IMG/VR virus record: IMGVR_UViG_3300034103_001438
Location: 1 to 47,411 of that record
DNA from: a virus
Lineage: Duplodnaviria > Caudoviricetes
Direction: 5' to 3' (one strand)
DNA: 47,411 nt
Made by a program: the position numbers and the translations under genes. Numbering within the stretch: the stretch's first letter is position 1; each line of letters opens with the position of its first letter. The notes beneath the pieces are model-generated. The model did no database searches. It was not told the DNA's origin and saw only the letters and a program-made list of their open reading frames with translations. Shown piece after piece: positions 18,857-29,020 of this stretch.

Positions 18857-20498
18857 GTCCTTCATAAAAATGAACCCTGTTATGTGTGATGGGACTAGCT
18901 AATAATATAGCTGATTTAACAATATCTTTTTTTGTTAATGTATAAATATGACTCATCCAAGTTTGTTCAAAAGGATTATCCCATTTAGTATCTAAAAATA
19001 ATTTTTGGTTTCCTTCTTGATCAATAATATGTGGCCAATTTGAATAATATATTTCTCCTTCAGCATATGGTACATTATTAAATGTTTTTATATGTTTTAT
19101 ATTAGTATTTGGTTTTTTCTTTATTGGTCCAAAATATTTCATTTTCTGTTCTGATGGTAAATTATGCCAACTCCATTGCTCTCCATTATGTCCAAAAAAT
19201 TCAGCAAATGAGAATTTTAAAAAATCATATTGTTCTTTATTCATTATTTTAATAATATTATCATATATATTGTTAACATATTTAGAGAGTCCAACATTAC
19301 AAACGTTTTTAGATAGATCCAATAACATATCATCCTCAAAAAACATCATGTATTTAGATTTTTTGTTATTAAAATCTTCAGCAGAAAATTGTCTAGCTCC
19401 ACAAATGCCTAAATTACCTTTTTGTATATGTTCTATAAAATTATATTTTTGACAGATATTATCGTATTTATCTTGAAGATTGTCTTTTGTAGAATTATTA
19501 ATTAGTATTTTTTTAGTTTTATTAAGAAAATTATTGTCATATTTCTCAAAACTATCAAGAACCATTTGTAATTGTTCTGGAGAATTGAATGTATTTATAT
19601 ATAATAAAACATCATTATTTTCATATTTTTTTCTGTTTTTATTCTTAATGGTTTCAATATTTTCTATTGGTATATTTTTAATGTCTTCAAAAAATTTATA
19701 TATTAAACCATTATTTTCTATCATGTGAAACTTATATATGTCTTCATCGAGATACGTCATTATTGTGAAAATGCTCTCTTCTGTTCCCATCAGCCCTTCA
19801 TTGAGAGAATCATTTAATAATGAATAATATAATCCATTAGCTTCAGAGATATAATCTATATGACCTCCAAATAATCCTCCTCTTGCTACTCTATTAACAT
19901 TTGATTTAGAGTATCTATTCATTGCTTCTATTTTAAATCCATGTATTTCTGTATTTGTCTCATAAGGAAACGCAACAAATAGAAATTTATCTACTATTTT
20001 TTCAAGTTTATTTATGATTTTATCATGACTAAAATATCCTTCATGAACAGTATTGGTTATTCCACCATCTAACCAAAACATATATTCTGTATTAAATGGA
20101 TTAAATATTTTTGCATTATGCAGCATAAACATCTTACTCATAACCATAGGGTTATACAGTTCCATTTTCGCTTGAGTACTATCTCTTAACCATCCTGTTT
20201 GATCAAGCCATTGGTCATTTGTTCTTATTTTCTGTACTTTATCAAAAAATGGGAAAAAATTTCCAGAAAAACCGTCCTTATTCTGATGATACACTGCAGT
20301 ATTTGATCTATTTCTTATAGACCAAACTATATCTTCATGTTCTTTATCTATAAATACTATTAATGGTACATCTTCTCCTAAGCTGGATAGTAATTTTTTG
20401 AAATTATTTACATAATGATCAAAGTTCCTAGACCATCCCTCTGAAAGATTGGATCTTCCTAGATCCCAAATACCAGTGACTATAGTAGTATTTATCAT
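18837..20498 (-). CDS. HtrL/YibB-like domain fused to a GT-A-like domain
   Basis: TTIVTGIWDLGR, YNPMVMSKMFML, NPFNTEYMFWLDGG, GTEESIF; C-terminal NLGICGAR...MFFEDD. Confidence 0.7.
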   Translation of the reverse strand: MINTTIVTGIWDLGRSNLSEGWSRNFDHYVNNFKKLLSSLGEDVPLIVFIDKEHEDIVWSIRNRSNTAVYHQNKDGFSGNFFPFFDKVQKIRTNDQWLDQTGWLRDSTQAKMELYNPMVMSKMFMLHNAKIFNPFNTEYMFWLDGGITNTVHEGYFSHDKIINKLEKIVDKFLFVAFPYETNTEIHGFKIEAMNRYSKSNVNRVARGGLFGGHIDYISEANGLYYSLLNDSLNEGLMGTEESIFTIMTYLDEDIYKFHMIENNGLIYKFFEDIKNIPIENIETIKNKNRKKYENNDVLLYINTFNSPEQLQMVLDSFEKYDNNFLNKTKKILINNSTKDNLQDKYDNICQKYNFIEHIQKGNLGICGARQFSAEDFNNKKSKYMMFFEDDMLLDLSKNVCNVGLSKYVNNIYDNIIKIMNKEQYDFLKFSFAEFFGHNGEQWSWHNLPSEQKMKYFGPIKKKPNTNIKHIKTFNNVPYAEGEIYYSNWPHIIDQEGNQKLFLDTKWDNPFEQTWMSHIYTLTKKDIVKSAILLASPITHNRVHFYEGHERREN

Positions 20499-20539
20499 TA
20501 TAATGACTTAGCATAAAGATTAAATCCACCCGACTGCAT

Positions 20540-20570
20540 AATATATAATAGAAATAAGGCATAGTGTCAA
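20540..20570 (-). promoter_or_regulatory. sigma70-type promoter for the leftward cassette
   Basis: TTGACA on the minus strand (20570-20565), then TATATA at 17 nt or TATATT at 19 nt. Confidence 0.45.
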
Positions 20571-20594
20571 CATTGAAAAATTTTATGATGAGTG

Positions 20595-20623
20595 TTGACT
20601 TTTTTGTGAACAAAGCATACTAT
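20595..20623 (+). promoter_or_regulatory. sigma70-type promoter
   Basis: TTGACT-N17-TACTAT, ending 5 nt before ATG 20629. Confidence 0.65.
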
Positions 20624-20628
20624 TAGTT

Positions 20629-20850
20629 ATGAACTTTGGACTCAAGAAAATGAAAAATAAAGAAGAAGAAAATACAGACCGAAAAGACATAAGAAGAGAA
20701 AAGATCAAAAAGAAGAATCTCAGAAAAGATTTTTCTTTTGAAGAAGATATTCAAGAAAAAGGACACCTTCATAAAAAAGAATTAAAAAAAATAAAAGAAG
20801 AATTCGAAAATGAAGAGTGGGAAGATTGGGATAGATATTATAATCACTAA
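20629..20850 (+). CDS. small highly charged hypothetical protein
   Basis: 73 aa, K/E-rich, ends EEWEDWDRYYNH. Confidence 0.7.
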   Translation: MNFGLKKMKNKEEENTDRKDIRREKIKKKNLRKDFSFEEDIQEKGHLHKKELKKIKEEFENEEWEDWDRYYNH

Positions 20851-20855
20851 AATAT

Positions 20856-21101
20856 ATGAAATATATAGAAGAAATATCTTTTGGCGATTGTTTTATATAC
20901 AACAATAATAAGTATATATTAACGACGGACTTTAAGAATAGCGGAACCAGAATGTCTATATGTCTTCTTGATGGATCTATAAAGTGGATAGATGCAAATG
21001 AAATGGTTGATATAATAGATATATTTACAGTTGATAAAGACTCTAATATAATAGCTATTAAAGAAAGAAAGAAAGAAGATAATGTTACTAATCAGAATTA
21101 A
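20856..21101 (+). CDS. hypothetical protein
   Basis: 81-aa beta-rich ORF in the operon. Confidence 0.7.
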   Translation: MKYIEEISFGDCFIYNNNKYILTTDFKNSGTRMSICLLDGSIKWIDANEMVDIIDIFTVDKDSNIIAIKERKKEDNVTNQN

Positions 21102-21330
21102 AACATTTTTGAAGTCTTTAATATTTCATATATATGCAGGATCACCAAAATCAACCCAAGAACAAATCCTTGATAGATATAAAATATGTATTTCATGTGA
21201 TGAATATAACTTGTCAAAATCTGAATGCGGAATATGTGGATGTGCAATTAGTAAAAAAAGCAAATTTTTAAATAAACTAGCATGGGCAGATCAAGAATGC
21301 CCCATAGGAAAATGGAAAAAAATATCATGA
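21082..21330 (+). CDS. small Cys-rich metal-binding phage protein
   Basis: RYKICISC...CGICGC...K...CPIGKW pattern. Confidence 0.7.
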   Translation: MLLIRIKTFLKSLIFHIYAGSPKSTQEQILDRYKICISCDEYNLSKSECGICGCAISKKSKFLNKLAWADQECPIGKWKKIS

Positions 21331-21905
21331 AAACTCATACATTAAATCCTAATAGAATAATGACTTCTAATCATAATATATTTGAGATGTCAAAAAACAG
21401 AGTTATGCAAGGAACTAATGGAGCAACTGTATTTATTCCTCATGTATGTAATAATATAGATCTATTTGGCGCAGGATTTGCAGCAGATTTGGCAGAACAA
21501 TTTCCATCTGTTAAAGCAGACTATCATATGCTTGGTAAAACTTTTCTGAAAAATAATTTTGGCTATTGTCAAATAATCAAAGTTATAGAAGAACAAAAGC
21601 ATAAACAGAAACTTTATATAGTTAATATGATTGCTCAAAATGGAGTCAAATCACACAATAATCCTAGACCATTAAATTATTATGCTTTATCTAAATCAAT
21701 GGGTAGTATGTCTTCATTTATTCTTTCTAATACTGGATTTTTAAACAAATCGGAAAATATTGAAATACACTGTCCTAAATTTGGTAGCGGACTTGCTGGA
21801 GGTAATTGGAATTTTATCAATGATTTAATTTATGATATTTGGGGAAGATATAATGTAACAGTACATTTATTTAATAAAACAGATTATGAAAACAAACGTA
21901 GATAA
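21327..21905 (+). CDS. macrodomain protein (ADP-ribose binding/hydrolase)
   Basis: IPHVCNN...FGAGFA, IVNMIAQ, IHCPKFGSGLAGGNW; start at the ATGA overlap 21327. Confidence 0.85.
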   Translation: MKTHTLNPNRIMTSNHNIFEMSKNRVMQGTNGATVFIPHVCNNIDLFGAGFAADLAEQFPSVKADYHMLGKTFLKNNFGYCQIIKVIEEQKHKQKLYIVNMIAQNGVKSHNNPRPLNYYALSKSMGSMSSFILSNTGFLNKSENIEIHCPKFGSGLAGGNWNFINDLIYDIWGRYNVTVHLFNKTDYENKRR

Positions 21906-22188
21906 AGCTTTTTTACAATGGCTTACAAACAGATTGATATATAAGTATCAAGAAAAAGACGATCAAGTTCTTGATAGGATACAGACTCTGATTAAATATA
22001 AGCATATTATAGATACAATTATTGATGACAAAATAGTAGAAAAAATATGCAAAAAATACCATGCAGATTGGAGCTTTGATGATTCAGAACTAAATTTTGG
22101 ACATTCCGACGAATCAAGAGAACAAATAAGGTCTCATACAAAAAATATTATTAAGGATTATATAAATGAAATATGTTTTATTGGATGA
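21886..22188 (+). CDS. hypothetical protein
   Basis: 100-aa ORF overlapping both neighbours. Confidence 0.7.
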   Translation: MKTNVDKAFLQWLTNRLIYKYQEKDDQVLDRIQTLIKYKHIIDTIIDDKIVEKICKKYHADWSFDDSELNFGHSDESREQIRSHTKNIIKDYINEICFIG

Positions 22189-23047
22189 CGATGCAATAGA
22201 AATAGGCGGAACAAATCTTACTATTTTATCCATGTTTGAAGATAGGATTAATGAGACAGTAAGATTATCTACAAGAGATTTATCAAAATTAGACCTTATT
22301 AAACATGCTGATAAAATATGGATTATCGGCAATATTATGAATCTTTTTCAGAGACAAGATGATATTAGAGATGTTTTATTTGATACTATTAAAAGATTTG
22401 TAAAAATTGAATTTGATTATAATTTTTGTCCGTATCGTGGAGAAATACCACATGAAAAACTAGGAAATAATAGATGCTCATGTCCATACGGAACAACGGG
22501 TATTAATCAAATAGCTTCAACATATAATAAAATTATAGAAAATGCTAGTCATATATTTTTCATGTCAGAAAGACAACGATCAATATATGCGAATCATATG
22601 CCATTATTAAATTTTTCTAAAACTACAGTATTATCTTCTTGTTTTTCAAAACAGTCTTTAGCATTATTTGCATCACTAAAAAACACACAAAAAAATAATA
22701 AATATGCCATTTTGCAAGGATTTGGTGGTTGGCATAGTGAAGCAAAAGGTGCTGACATAGCTAAAAATTTTTGCATAACTAATAATTTAGAATATGATAT
22801 TTTACCAATACAAAAATATGAAAATCATATTAAAGCATTATCTGAATATAAAGGTTTAGTATTTTTACCTATTATTGATGATACCTGTCCTAGAGCTATT
22901 ATAGAAGCAAGACTATTAGGATTACATGTTATAACTAATATTAATTGTCAACATGTTACTGAATGGTGGTGGAAAGATGAATCAAAAACACTAGATTATA
23001 TTTCTTCTAGACCACAAATTTTTTGGTCAACGCTAGATAAGATTTGA
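22166..23047 (+). CDS. GT-B glycosyltransferase (GT4-like)
   Basis: GGTNLT, IFFMSERQR, KGAD, VFLP..DTCPRAIIEARLLG. Confidence 0.7.
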   Translation: MKYVLLDDDAIEIGGTNLTILSMFEDRINETVRLSTRDLSKLDLIKHADKIWIIGNIMNLFQRQDDIRDVLFDTIKRFVKIEFDYNFCPYRGEIPHEKLGNNRCSCPYGTTGINQIASTYNKIIENASHIFFMSERQRSIYANHMPLLNFSKTTVLSSCFSKQSLALFASLKNTQKNNKYAILQGFGGWHSEAKGADIAKNFCITNNLEYDILPIQKYENHIKALSEYKGLVFLPIIDDTCPRAIIEARLLGLHVITNINCQHVTEWWWKDESKTLDYISSRPQIFWSTLDKI

Positions 23048-23049
23048 TT

Positions 23050-23766
23050 ATGATCAATATTATAACATGCGTATGGAATGCCGAAAACTATATAGATAAA
23101 TGCATAGATTCTGTAAAAAAACAGATCAATCAAAATTTCCATATGTTTATTGTTGATGATGTTTCATCAGATAATTCTATTAGTATTATAAAATCTAAAA
23201 TAAATGATTATTCTAATATAACATTAATAGAAAATAAACAAAAAAAATATAAACTTAAAAATTTTGATGATTTGATATCTAATAAAGATTTTATACAAGA
23301 TGATGACATAATAATAGAACTAGATGGAGATGATTGGTTAGCTAATAGTAATGTTATTAATACTATATATAAAACTTATAACGATACTAATATATTAATT
23401 AGTAATGCTAAGTTTGTATATTATGATGGCAGAATTGGATTTTCTAATAGTATCAATATATCAAATATTAGACAGTCTCCATTTATATTTTCTCATTTAA
23501 GATCATGGAAAGCTTCTTTATGGAGAAGTGTAGACAAAAAATATTTTATAGATCCAAGAACAAACGATTATTTTAAAATAACTGCTGATATGGCATATTC
23601 TTTTCCTATGCTCGAAATTGCTGGACAAGACAGATATAAACATATTCCAGAAATATTATTAGTATATAATGATATAAGTCCATTCAATGACCATAAATCT
23701 GGATCAGGTTCTGGAGGAAGAATAGAACAACAGACAGTTGAATCTATTATTAGAAAGACTTTATGA
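23050..23766 (+). CDS. GT2 glycosyltransferase
   Basis: IITCVWNAENYIDKCIDSV, VDDVSSDNS, LDGDDWL. Confidence 0.9.
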   Translation: MINIITCVWNAENYIDKCIDSVKKQINQNFHMFIVDDVSSDNSISIIKSKINDYSNITLIENKQKKYKLKNFDDLISNKDFIQDDDIIIELDGDDWLANSNVINTIYKTYNDTNILISNAKFVYYDGRIGFSNSINISNIRQSPFIFSHLRSWKASLWRSVDKKYFIDPRTNDYFKITADMAYSFPMLEIAGQDRYKHIPEILLVYNDISPFNDHKSGSGSGGRIEQQTVESIIRKTL

Positions 23767-24665
23767 AAAATATAATACTAATAAATACTCCAACGCTACC
23801 ATGTCCTGGTAGTCATTATTTTACATCATCAAAATTTTGCCATGGTTTTCAATATGGTGGATTTAATTTTTTAGAAATAAATAGTATAGATGATTCATTA
23901 TTATCATATAATAATCCAGATAATATATTTTTAATATCTAATCATTTAACATCATATGGAGGATTAGAAGATGTATATAGGATAGGAAAATTACTACCTA
24001 ATGCATATTTTATATGTTGGCATTTTAATTTTGAAAAAGAATTAATAAATAATATGCCATTCAAAAAGTTTATTATTACTGGGGAACATTATTTCAATCC
24101 TCCATTATCTTCAGATCGCCATATCGAAGCCTATAACTTTTCAAAATCATGTAAAGAATGGGAACCGTTTATTTTTTCAAGTGATATAAATCCAAATCAA
24201 GTTGGAAATTTTACAAAAAATATAATATATGATTCATTCTTTATCGGATACCCATACAAATCAGAATGGACATCATTATTATCTAATTCTTATGTTTTTA
24301 ACAGTAATGGGTCTTTTATGTCAGAAGAGGATAGAATTTCTATATACTTATCAAGTAGGGTATGTTTGGGTTTTCATAGCGATGCAAATATTGCTAATTC
24401 ATGTGTAGTAGAAAGAGTATTTGAAGGAATGTCTTATGGTTGTGCTGTTATTAGCGACAACAAAGCTGCTACAGAATATACAAATAATATTGTTAAATAT
24501 GTAAATTCATACGATGAAGTAATATCATATATAGATTTTTATAAACAAAACAATAATGAATATATAAAATCACAGCAAGAAGGCTATGAATTTATTAAAC
24601 AAAAAGGAACTTATTATCATTTATCTCAAAACTTTATCAATAAAATAAAATATCTATATGAATAA
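23763..24665 (+). CDS. GT-B glycosyltransferase (Glyco_trans_1_2/CgeB-like)
   Basis: YDSFFIG, YLSSRVCLGFH, ERVFEGMSYGCAVISD, GTYYH. Confidence 0.7.
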   Translation: MKNIILINTPTLPCPGSHYFTSSKFCHGFQYGGFNFLEINSIDDSLLSYNNPDNIFLISNHLTSYGGLEDVYRIGKLLPNAYFICWHFNFEKELINNMPFKKFIITGEHYFNPPLSSDRHIEAYNFSKSCKEWEPFIFSSDINPNQVGNFTKNIIYDSFFIGYPYKSEWTSLLSNSYVFNSNGSFMSEEDRISIYLSSRVCLGFHSDANIANSCVVERVFEGMSYGCAVISDNKAATEYTNNIVKYVNSYDEVISYIDFYKQNNNEYIKSQQEGYEFIKQKGTYYHLSQNFINKIKYLYE

Positions 24666-25593
24666 AAAAATATTAATAACAGGTGGTTGCGGATTTGTTG
24701 GAAGACATTTTGCTCGTCATTTTTCTGAAACATATGACGTTACTATTGTTGATGATATGTCATCAGAGAGCGCCCTATATCCTGAACAATGGATGTCTAG
24801 TTTACAATGCTCTGTAAAATTTATCAAAGCTGATATTATAGAATATCTTAAAAATACTAAAGAGTCTTTTGATATTGTTATTCATTTGGCAGCAGTAGTC
24901 GGTGGTAGGCAAAATATAGAGAATAATCCGATGGATGTTGCTGAAGATATGAATATAGATTCATTTACTATAAATTGGTGTGCTAAAAATAATTCTAGAT
25001 TAATTTTTTTCTCATCAAGCGCTGTTTATCCCGTGTCTTATCAAACATATGATAATCATCAAAAACTTTATGAAAATTTAATGAACTTTAATGATAATTT
25101 TGGAGTCCCAGACTTAACCTATGGTTGGGCCAAAATGACCGGAGAGTATCTTTGTAAAATAGCGCATCAAAAACTTGGATTACAATGTATTATTTATAGA
25201 CCATTTTCTGGATATGGTGAAGATCAGAATGAAGTATATCCATTTCCTGCGATTATTAAAAGGGTAATTAATAAAGAGAATCCATTGTCTATTTGGAGTA
25301 ATAGTGTTAGAGATTTTGTTCATATTGACGATATTGTTCAATACGTTAATGCTACAATGTTTGATTTCTCAGATGCTACCGCATTAAATATTGGAACTTC
25401 AATAGGAACATCTTTTATGGAATTAGCAAGTAAAGCAGCAACTCTATGTGGTTATAATCCAAAAATTATTATATTGAATGATAAACCCCAAGGCGTTTAT
25501 TATAGAGTATCAGACTCATCAATCGATTATTCTATAACTTTGACACAGGGAATTGAAAAAAGCATAAATTATTTATCTAAAGGAATAATATAA
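24658..25593 (+). CDS. NAD-dependent nucleotide-sugar epimerase/dehydratase
   Basis: ILITGGCGFVG, IHLAAVVGG, SSSAVY, YGWAK, RDFVHIDD. Confidence 0.9.
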   Translation: MNKKILITGGCGFVGRHFARHFSETYDVTIVDDMSSESALYPEQWMSSLQCSVKFIKADIIEYLKNTKESFDIVIHLAAVVGGRQNIENNPMDVAEDMNIDSFTINWCAKNNSRLIFFSSSAVYPVSYQTYDNHQKLYENLMNFNDNFGVPDLTYGWAKMTGEYLCKIAHQKLGLQCIIYRPFSGYGEDQNEVYPFPAIIKRVINKENPLSIWSNSVRDFVHIDDIVQYVNATMFDFSDATALNIGTSIGTSFMELASKAATLCGYNPKIIILNDKPQGVYYRVSDSSIDYSITLTQGIEKSINYLSKGII

Positions 25594-26216
25594 TGTTAAT
25601 AAGTTTTAAGTCTATAATAGAAAAATATGGAAAACCAAATGGCATTATACATATTGGTGCTCATCTTATGGAAGAAAGAGATGATTATATTAATGAGGGG
25701 ATAAATAATATTATTTGGATAGAAGCAAATCCTAGTATATTTTCAATTATACAACAAAATGACATAGGACCTAATGAAAAATTGTTTAATTATACAATAT
25801 CTGATATAGATAATGATATTATAAATTTTTATATCACAAATAATGGACAATCATCCTCTATTCTAGAATTAGATAAGCATAAAATCCATCATCCATCAAT
25901 TTTTGTTACTGAAACTATTAAGACTAAAACCAAAAGAATAGATACAATAATATCTGAAAAAAATATAGATATAAATTTATATAATTTTCTTAATATAGAT
26001 ATTCAAGGTGCTGAATTATTAGCAATAAAAGGATTTGGTGATTTAATTAATAATATAAAATATATATATACTGAAATTAATACAAATACACTATATAGAG
26101 ATTGTGTATTAATTGATGACATGGACAATTATTTAAATAATTTTGGATTTGATAGAGTTGAAACACATATAACAGATTTTGAGTGGGGAGATGCTTTATA
26201 TATTAAAAGAAATTAA
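25593..26216 (+). CDS. FkbM family methyltransferase
   Basis: IIHIGAH, SSSIL, FLNIDIQGAELLAIKG, WGDALY. Confidence 0.9.
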   Translation: MLISFKSIIEKYGKPNGIIHIGAHLMEERDDYINEGINNIIWIEANPSIFSIIQQNDIGPNEKLFNYTISDIDNDIINFYITNNGQSSSILELDKHKIHHPSIFVTETIKTKTKRIDTIISEKNIDINLYNFLNIDIQGAELLAIKGFGDLINNIKYIYTEINTNTLYRDCVLIDDMDNYLNNFGFDRVETHITDFEWGDALYIKRN

Positions 26217-26221
26217 TAATT

Positions 26222-26863
26222 ATGTTTAATCAATGCGATCCAAATACCAATGGAGAATTAGATTTTATACAATCTATTAAAGATAAATTAAATATTGTTT
26301 TTGATGTTGGTTGTAGAGAAGATAGTTTATTGCTGGATCTTGAATGCGAAGCTCATTATTTTGAGCCCAATATAGAGTTTTTTGATCAAATCAGAAGCAA
26401 ACCTAATAAAAATAAAAAATCATTTTTTAATAATTTTGGTTTAGGCAACATAGAATCTAAATTAATCTATCATAAAAAACATCAATCATTTATTCATAGA
26501 ACTAAAACATGTGGTCAAGATAATGATACAACTATTTTTGATGTTAAAAAAGCTATAACATATATAAGAAATAATGATATAGAGTTTATAGATTTTCTAA
26601 AAATAGATGTTGAAGGATATGAGCTTTATGTGGTGCAAGGATTTGAGGATTACCTATCTAAAATAAAAATAATTCAATTTGAATATGGTGGAACTTATAT
26701 TGATGCAAATATAAGATTAATAGATATTATCAATAAATTATCTACAAACTTTACTAACTTCAATTATTTAGATAAAAATAAATTAGTACCAATTCAAGAC
26801 TACGAAGATCATCATCAGTATTGTAATATAGTTTGTTTTAATAGAGAATATAATATATCATGA
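26222..26863 (+). CDS. FkbM family methyltransferase
   Basis: VFDVGC, FEPN, IDFLKIDVEGYE, IQFEYG. Confidence 0.9.
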   Translation: MFNQCDPNTNGELDFIQSIKDKLNIVFDVGCREDSLLLDLECEAHYFEPNIEFFDQIRSKPNKNKKSFFNNFGLGNIESKLIYHKKHQSFIHRTKTCGQDNDTTIFDVKKAITYIRNNDIEFIDFLKIDVEGYELYVVQGFEDYLSKIKIIQFEYGGTYIDANIRLIDIINKLSTNFTNFNYLDKNKLVPIQDYEDHHQYCNIVCFNREYNIS

Positions 26864-27579
26864 TAACTCTTTCAATACCTAATTATAATAGATCTGAACT
26901 AGTTATAGAAAGTTTTACACATGTTATAAATGATGATAGAATAAATGAAATAATTATATCAGATGATTTTTCTGATATAAAAATATATAATGATTTAAAT
27001 AATAAAATACAAAATATCAATAATCCAAAAATTAAACTTTATAGAAATGAAAGTAATCTTGGGGCTTTTTTAAACAAACAAAAGTCTGTCATATTATCAA
27101 ATAACGATTGGATAATACTATTAGATTCTGATAATATAATTAATACAGATTATATCGATACTATTATAGATAAAAATGATACCAAAACGATTTATTGTCC
27201 ATCACATGCTATTTGTAGCTCATCAAGATTAAACTATAAATCATGTGTAAGTGTATTGTCTAAAAAAGATTATAAAAATATCATTAATAATGGAAGAAGT
27301 ATTTGGGATTCTATTTTTAATACTGGTAATTATTTTTTTTATAAAAAAACATACTTAGAATGTATCGATAAAGAAGAAATTATAAAAAATCCATTTGCTG
27401 CGGATGTTTATTATATGATTTATTTACTATTTAAGAATATAGAAAATTCAAAATTTGAAGTTGTTAATGGTCTATCATATCATCATAGACTTCATTCTTC
27501 AAGTTATTTTCTAAATAATAGTTACAATAGTGAAAAATTTGTAAATGGAATAATTGAAGATATTAAAAAATGGTCATAA
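26860..27579 (+). CDS. GT2 glycosyltransferase
   Basis: LSIPNYNR, IISDDFS, NLGAFLN, ILLDSDN. Confidence 0.85.
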   Translation: MITLSIPNYNRSELVIESFTHVINDDRINEIIISDDFSDIKIYNDLNNKIQNINNPKIKLYRNESNLGAFLNKQKSVILSNNDWIILLDSDNIINTDYIDTIIDKNDTKTIYCPSHAICSSSRLNYKSCVSVLSKKDYKNIINNGRSIWDSIFNTGNYFFYKKTYLECIDKEEIIKNPFAADVYYMIYLLFKNIENSKFEVVNGLSYHHRLHSSSYFLNNSYNSEKFVNGIIEDIKKWS

Positions 27580-27582
27580 ATT

Positions 27583-28419
27583 ATGTTAAAAATTAATGAA
27601 AACTTTAGACCAAGAAACATATTAGAATATCCACCAAACAACAAACAAACATTTGAAGAATATTTTTATGATCAATATATTATTGATAATACAATAACAG
27701 ATAGAATCTATATTCCAGTATTTTGGACTAACTATTATATATCAAAAAATTATGGACAAGGAGCGTTATCTGAACTACAAGAAATTTTAGATAATTTAGA
27801 TAGAAATAAAAAATATTTTACTATTATTCAATATGATGATAATATTTTAAATAATTTAAAAGATCTTGATATAATAATTTTTGCACAAGGTGGGTATGGA
27901 AATTTTAAAGATAAAAGTTATCCCATATCACTAAATTGTCAAGGAAATTATAATACTAATACAATAGATAAAAATATATTTGCTTCTTTTGTCGGTAGAC
28001 AAACTCATCCCATAAGAAGTATGATTTTCGATCAATTTAAAGATAAAGAGAATTATTTTATATCCAATCCTATAGACTACAACTCATATAGAGATATTAT
28101 GAATAGAAGTTTGTTTTCTCTTTGTCCTAGAGGATATGGTCTAACATCATTTAGAATATGTGAATCTTTACAATGTGGATCTATACCTGTATATATTTAT
28201 GATAATGAATTTATTCCTTTTAAAAATGAATTTGAATTTAATAAAATTGGAATTTTAATAAAACAAAATGATATTCAACATATAGATGAAATATTAATGT
28301 CTCATAAAAATAATATTAAAAGATTTAATGAAAATAGAAAAAATATATATAATAAATATTTTAATTATAGTGGTACAAAAAATTCTATTTTACAAATTTT
28401 AAACAAAAAGTATATATAA
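27583..28419 (+). CDS. exostosin-family (GT47-like) glycosyltransferase
   Basis: FASFVG..HPIR, SLFSLCPRGYGLTSFRICESLQCGSIPVYI. Confidence 0.8.
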   Translation: MLKINENFRPRNILEYPPNNKQTFEEYFYDQYIIDNTITDRIYIPVFWTNYYISKNYGQGALSELQEILDNLDRNKKYFTIIQYDDNILNNLKDLDIIIFAQGGYGNFKDKSYPISLNCQGNYNTNTIDKNIFASFVGRQTHPIRSMIFDQFKDKENYFISNPIDYNSYRDIMNRSLFSLCPRGYGLTSFRICESLQCGSIPVYIYDNEFIPFKNEFEFNKIGILIKQNDIQHIDEILMSHKNNIKRFNENRKNIYNKYFNYSGTKNSILQILNKKYI

Positions 28420-28420
28420 A

Positions 28421-29020
28421 ATGATAGTAGTTCAAATAGGAGCAAATAGAGGATATGATGAACTAACTGATATTATTCAAAATATATATATAGATAAACT
28501 AATATTAGTAGAACCTATTAAAAAATTTAATAATAATTTATTAACATGTTATAGTCATATTAAAAATTTATTTATCGAAAATATAATTATTACTGACGAT
28601 TTTAATAAAAATAAAGAATACTTTTATTTACATGAAAAAATGGACGAAAATACAGAACAAGCATCTTTATTAGAATCTCATATTAATAAAGTATTTAATA
28701 AATCTGAATATTTAATTGATAAATCATATAAAGATCAATTATTAAAAACTGAAATAGAATGTTCAACAATAAATAATTTATTTAATAAATATAAATTAAT
28801 TAATATAGATATTCTTTTTATAGATGCAGAAGGTTTCGATGATAGAATTATTAAAAGTATTGACTTTAATAAATTTAATATTAAAAAAATATATTATGAA
28901 AATATGCATATTAATAATTTTGAAATCTCTAGTTTTTTAAAGACACTCGGATATTCAGTTAAGAACGGAACTCCATATACGATCAATAATAGTATAGCTA
29001 TAAAAAATGAAATACATTAA
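28421..29020 (+). CDS. FkbM family methyltransferase
   Basis: VQIGAN, LVEP, IDILFIDAEGFD. Confidence 0.85.
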   Translation: MIVVQIGANRGYDELTDIIQNIYIDKLILVEPIKKFNNNLLTCYSHIKNLFIENIIITDDFNKNKEYFYLHEKMDENTEQASLLESHINKVFNKSEYLIDKSYKDQLLKTEIECSTINNLFNKYKLINIDILFIDAEGFDDRIIKSIDFNKFNIKKIYYENMHINNFEISSFLKTLGYSVKNGTPYTINNSIAIKNEIH

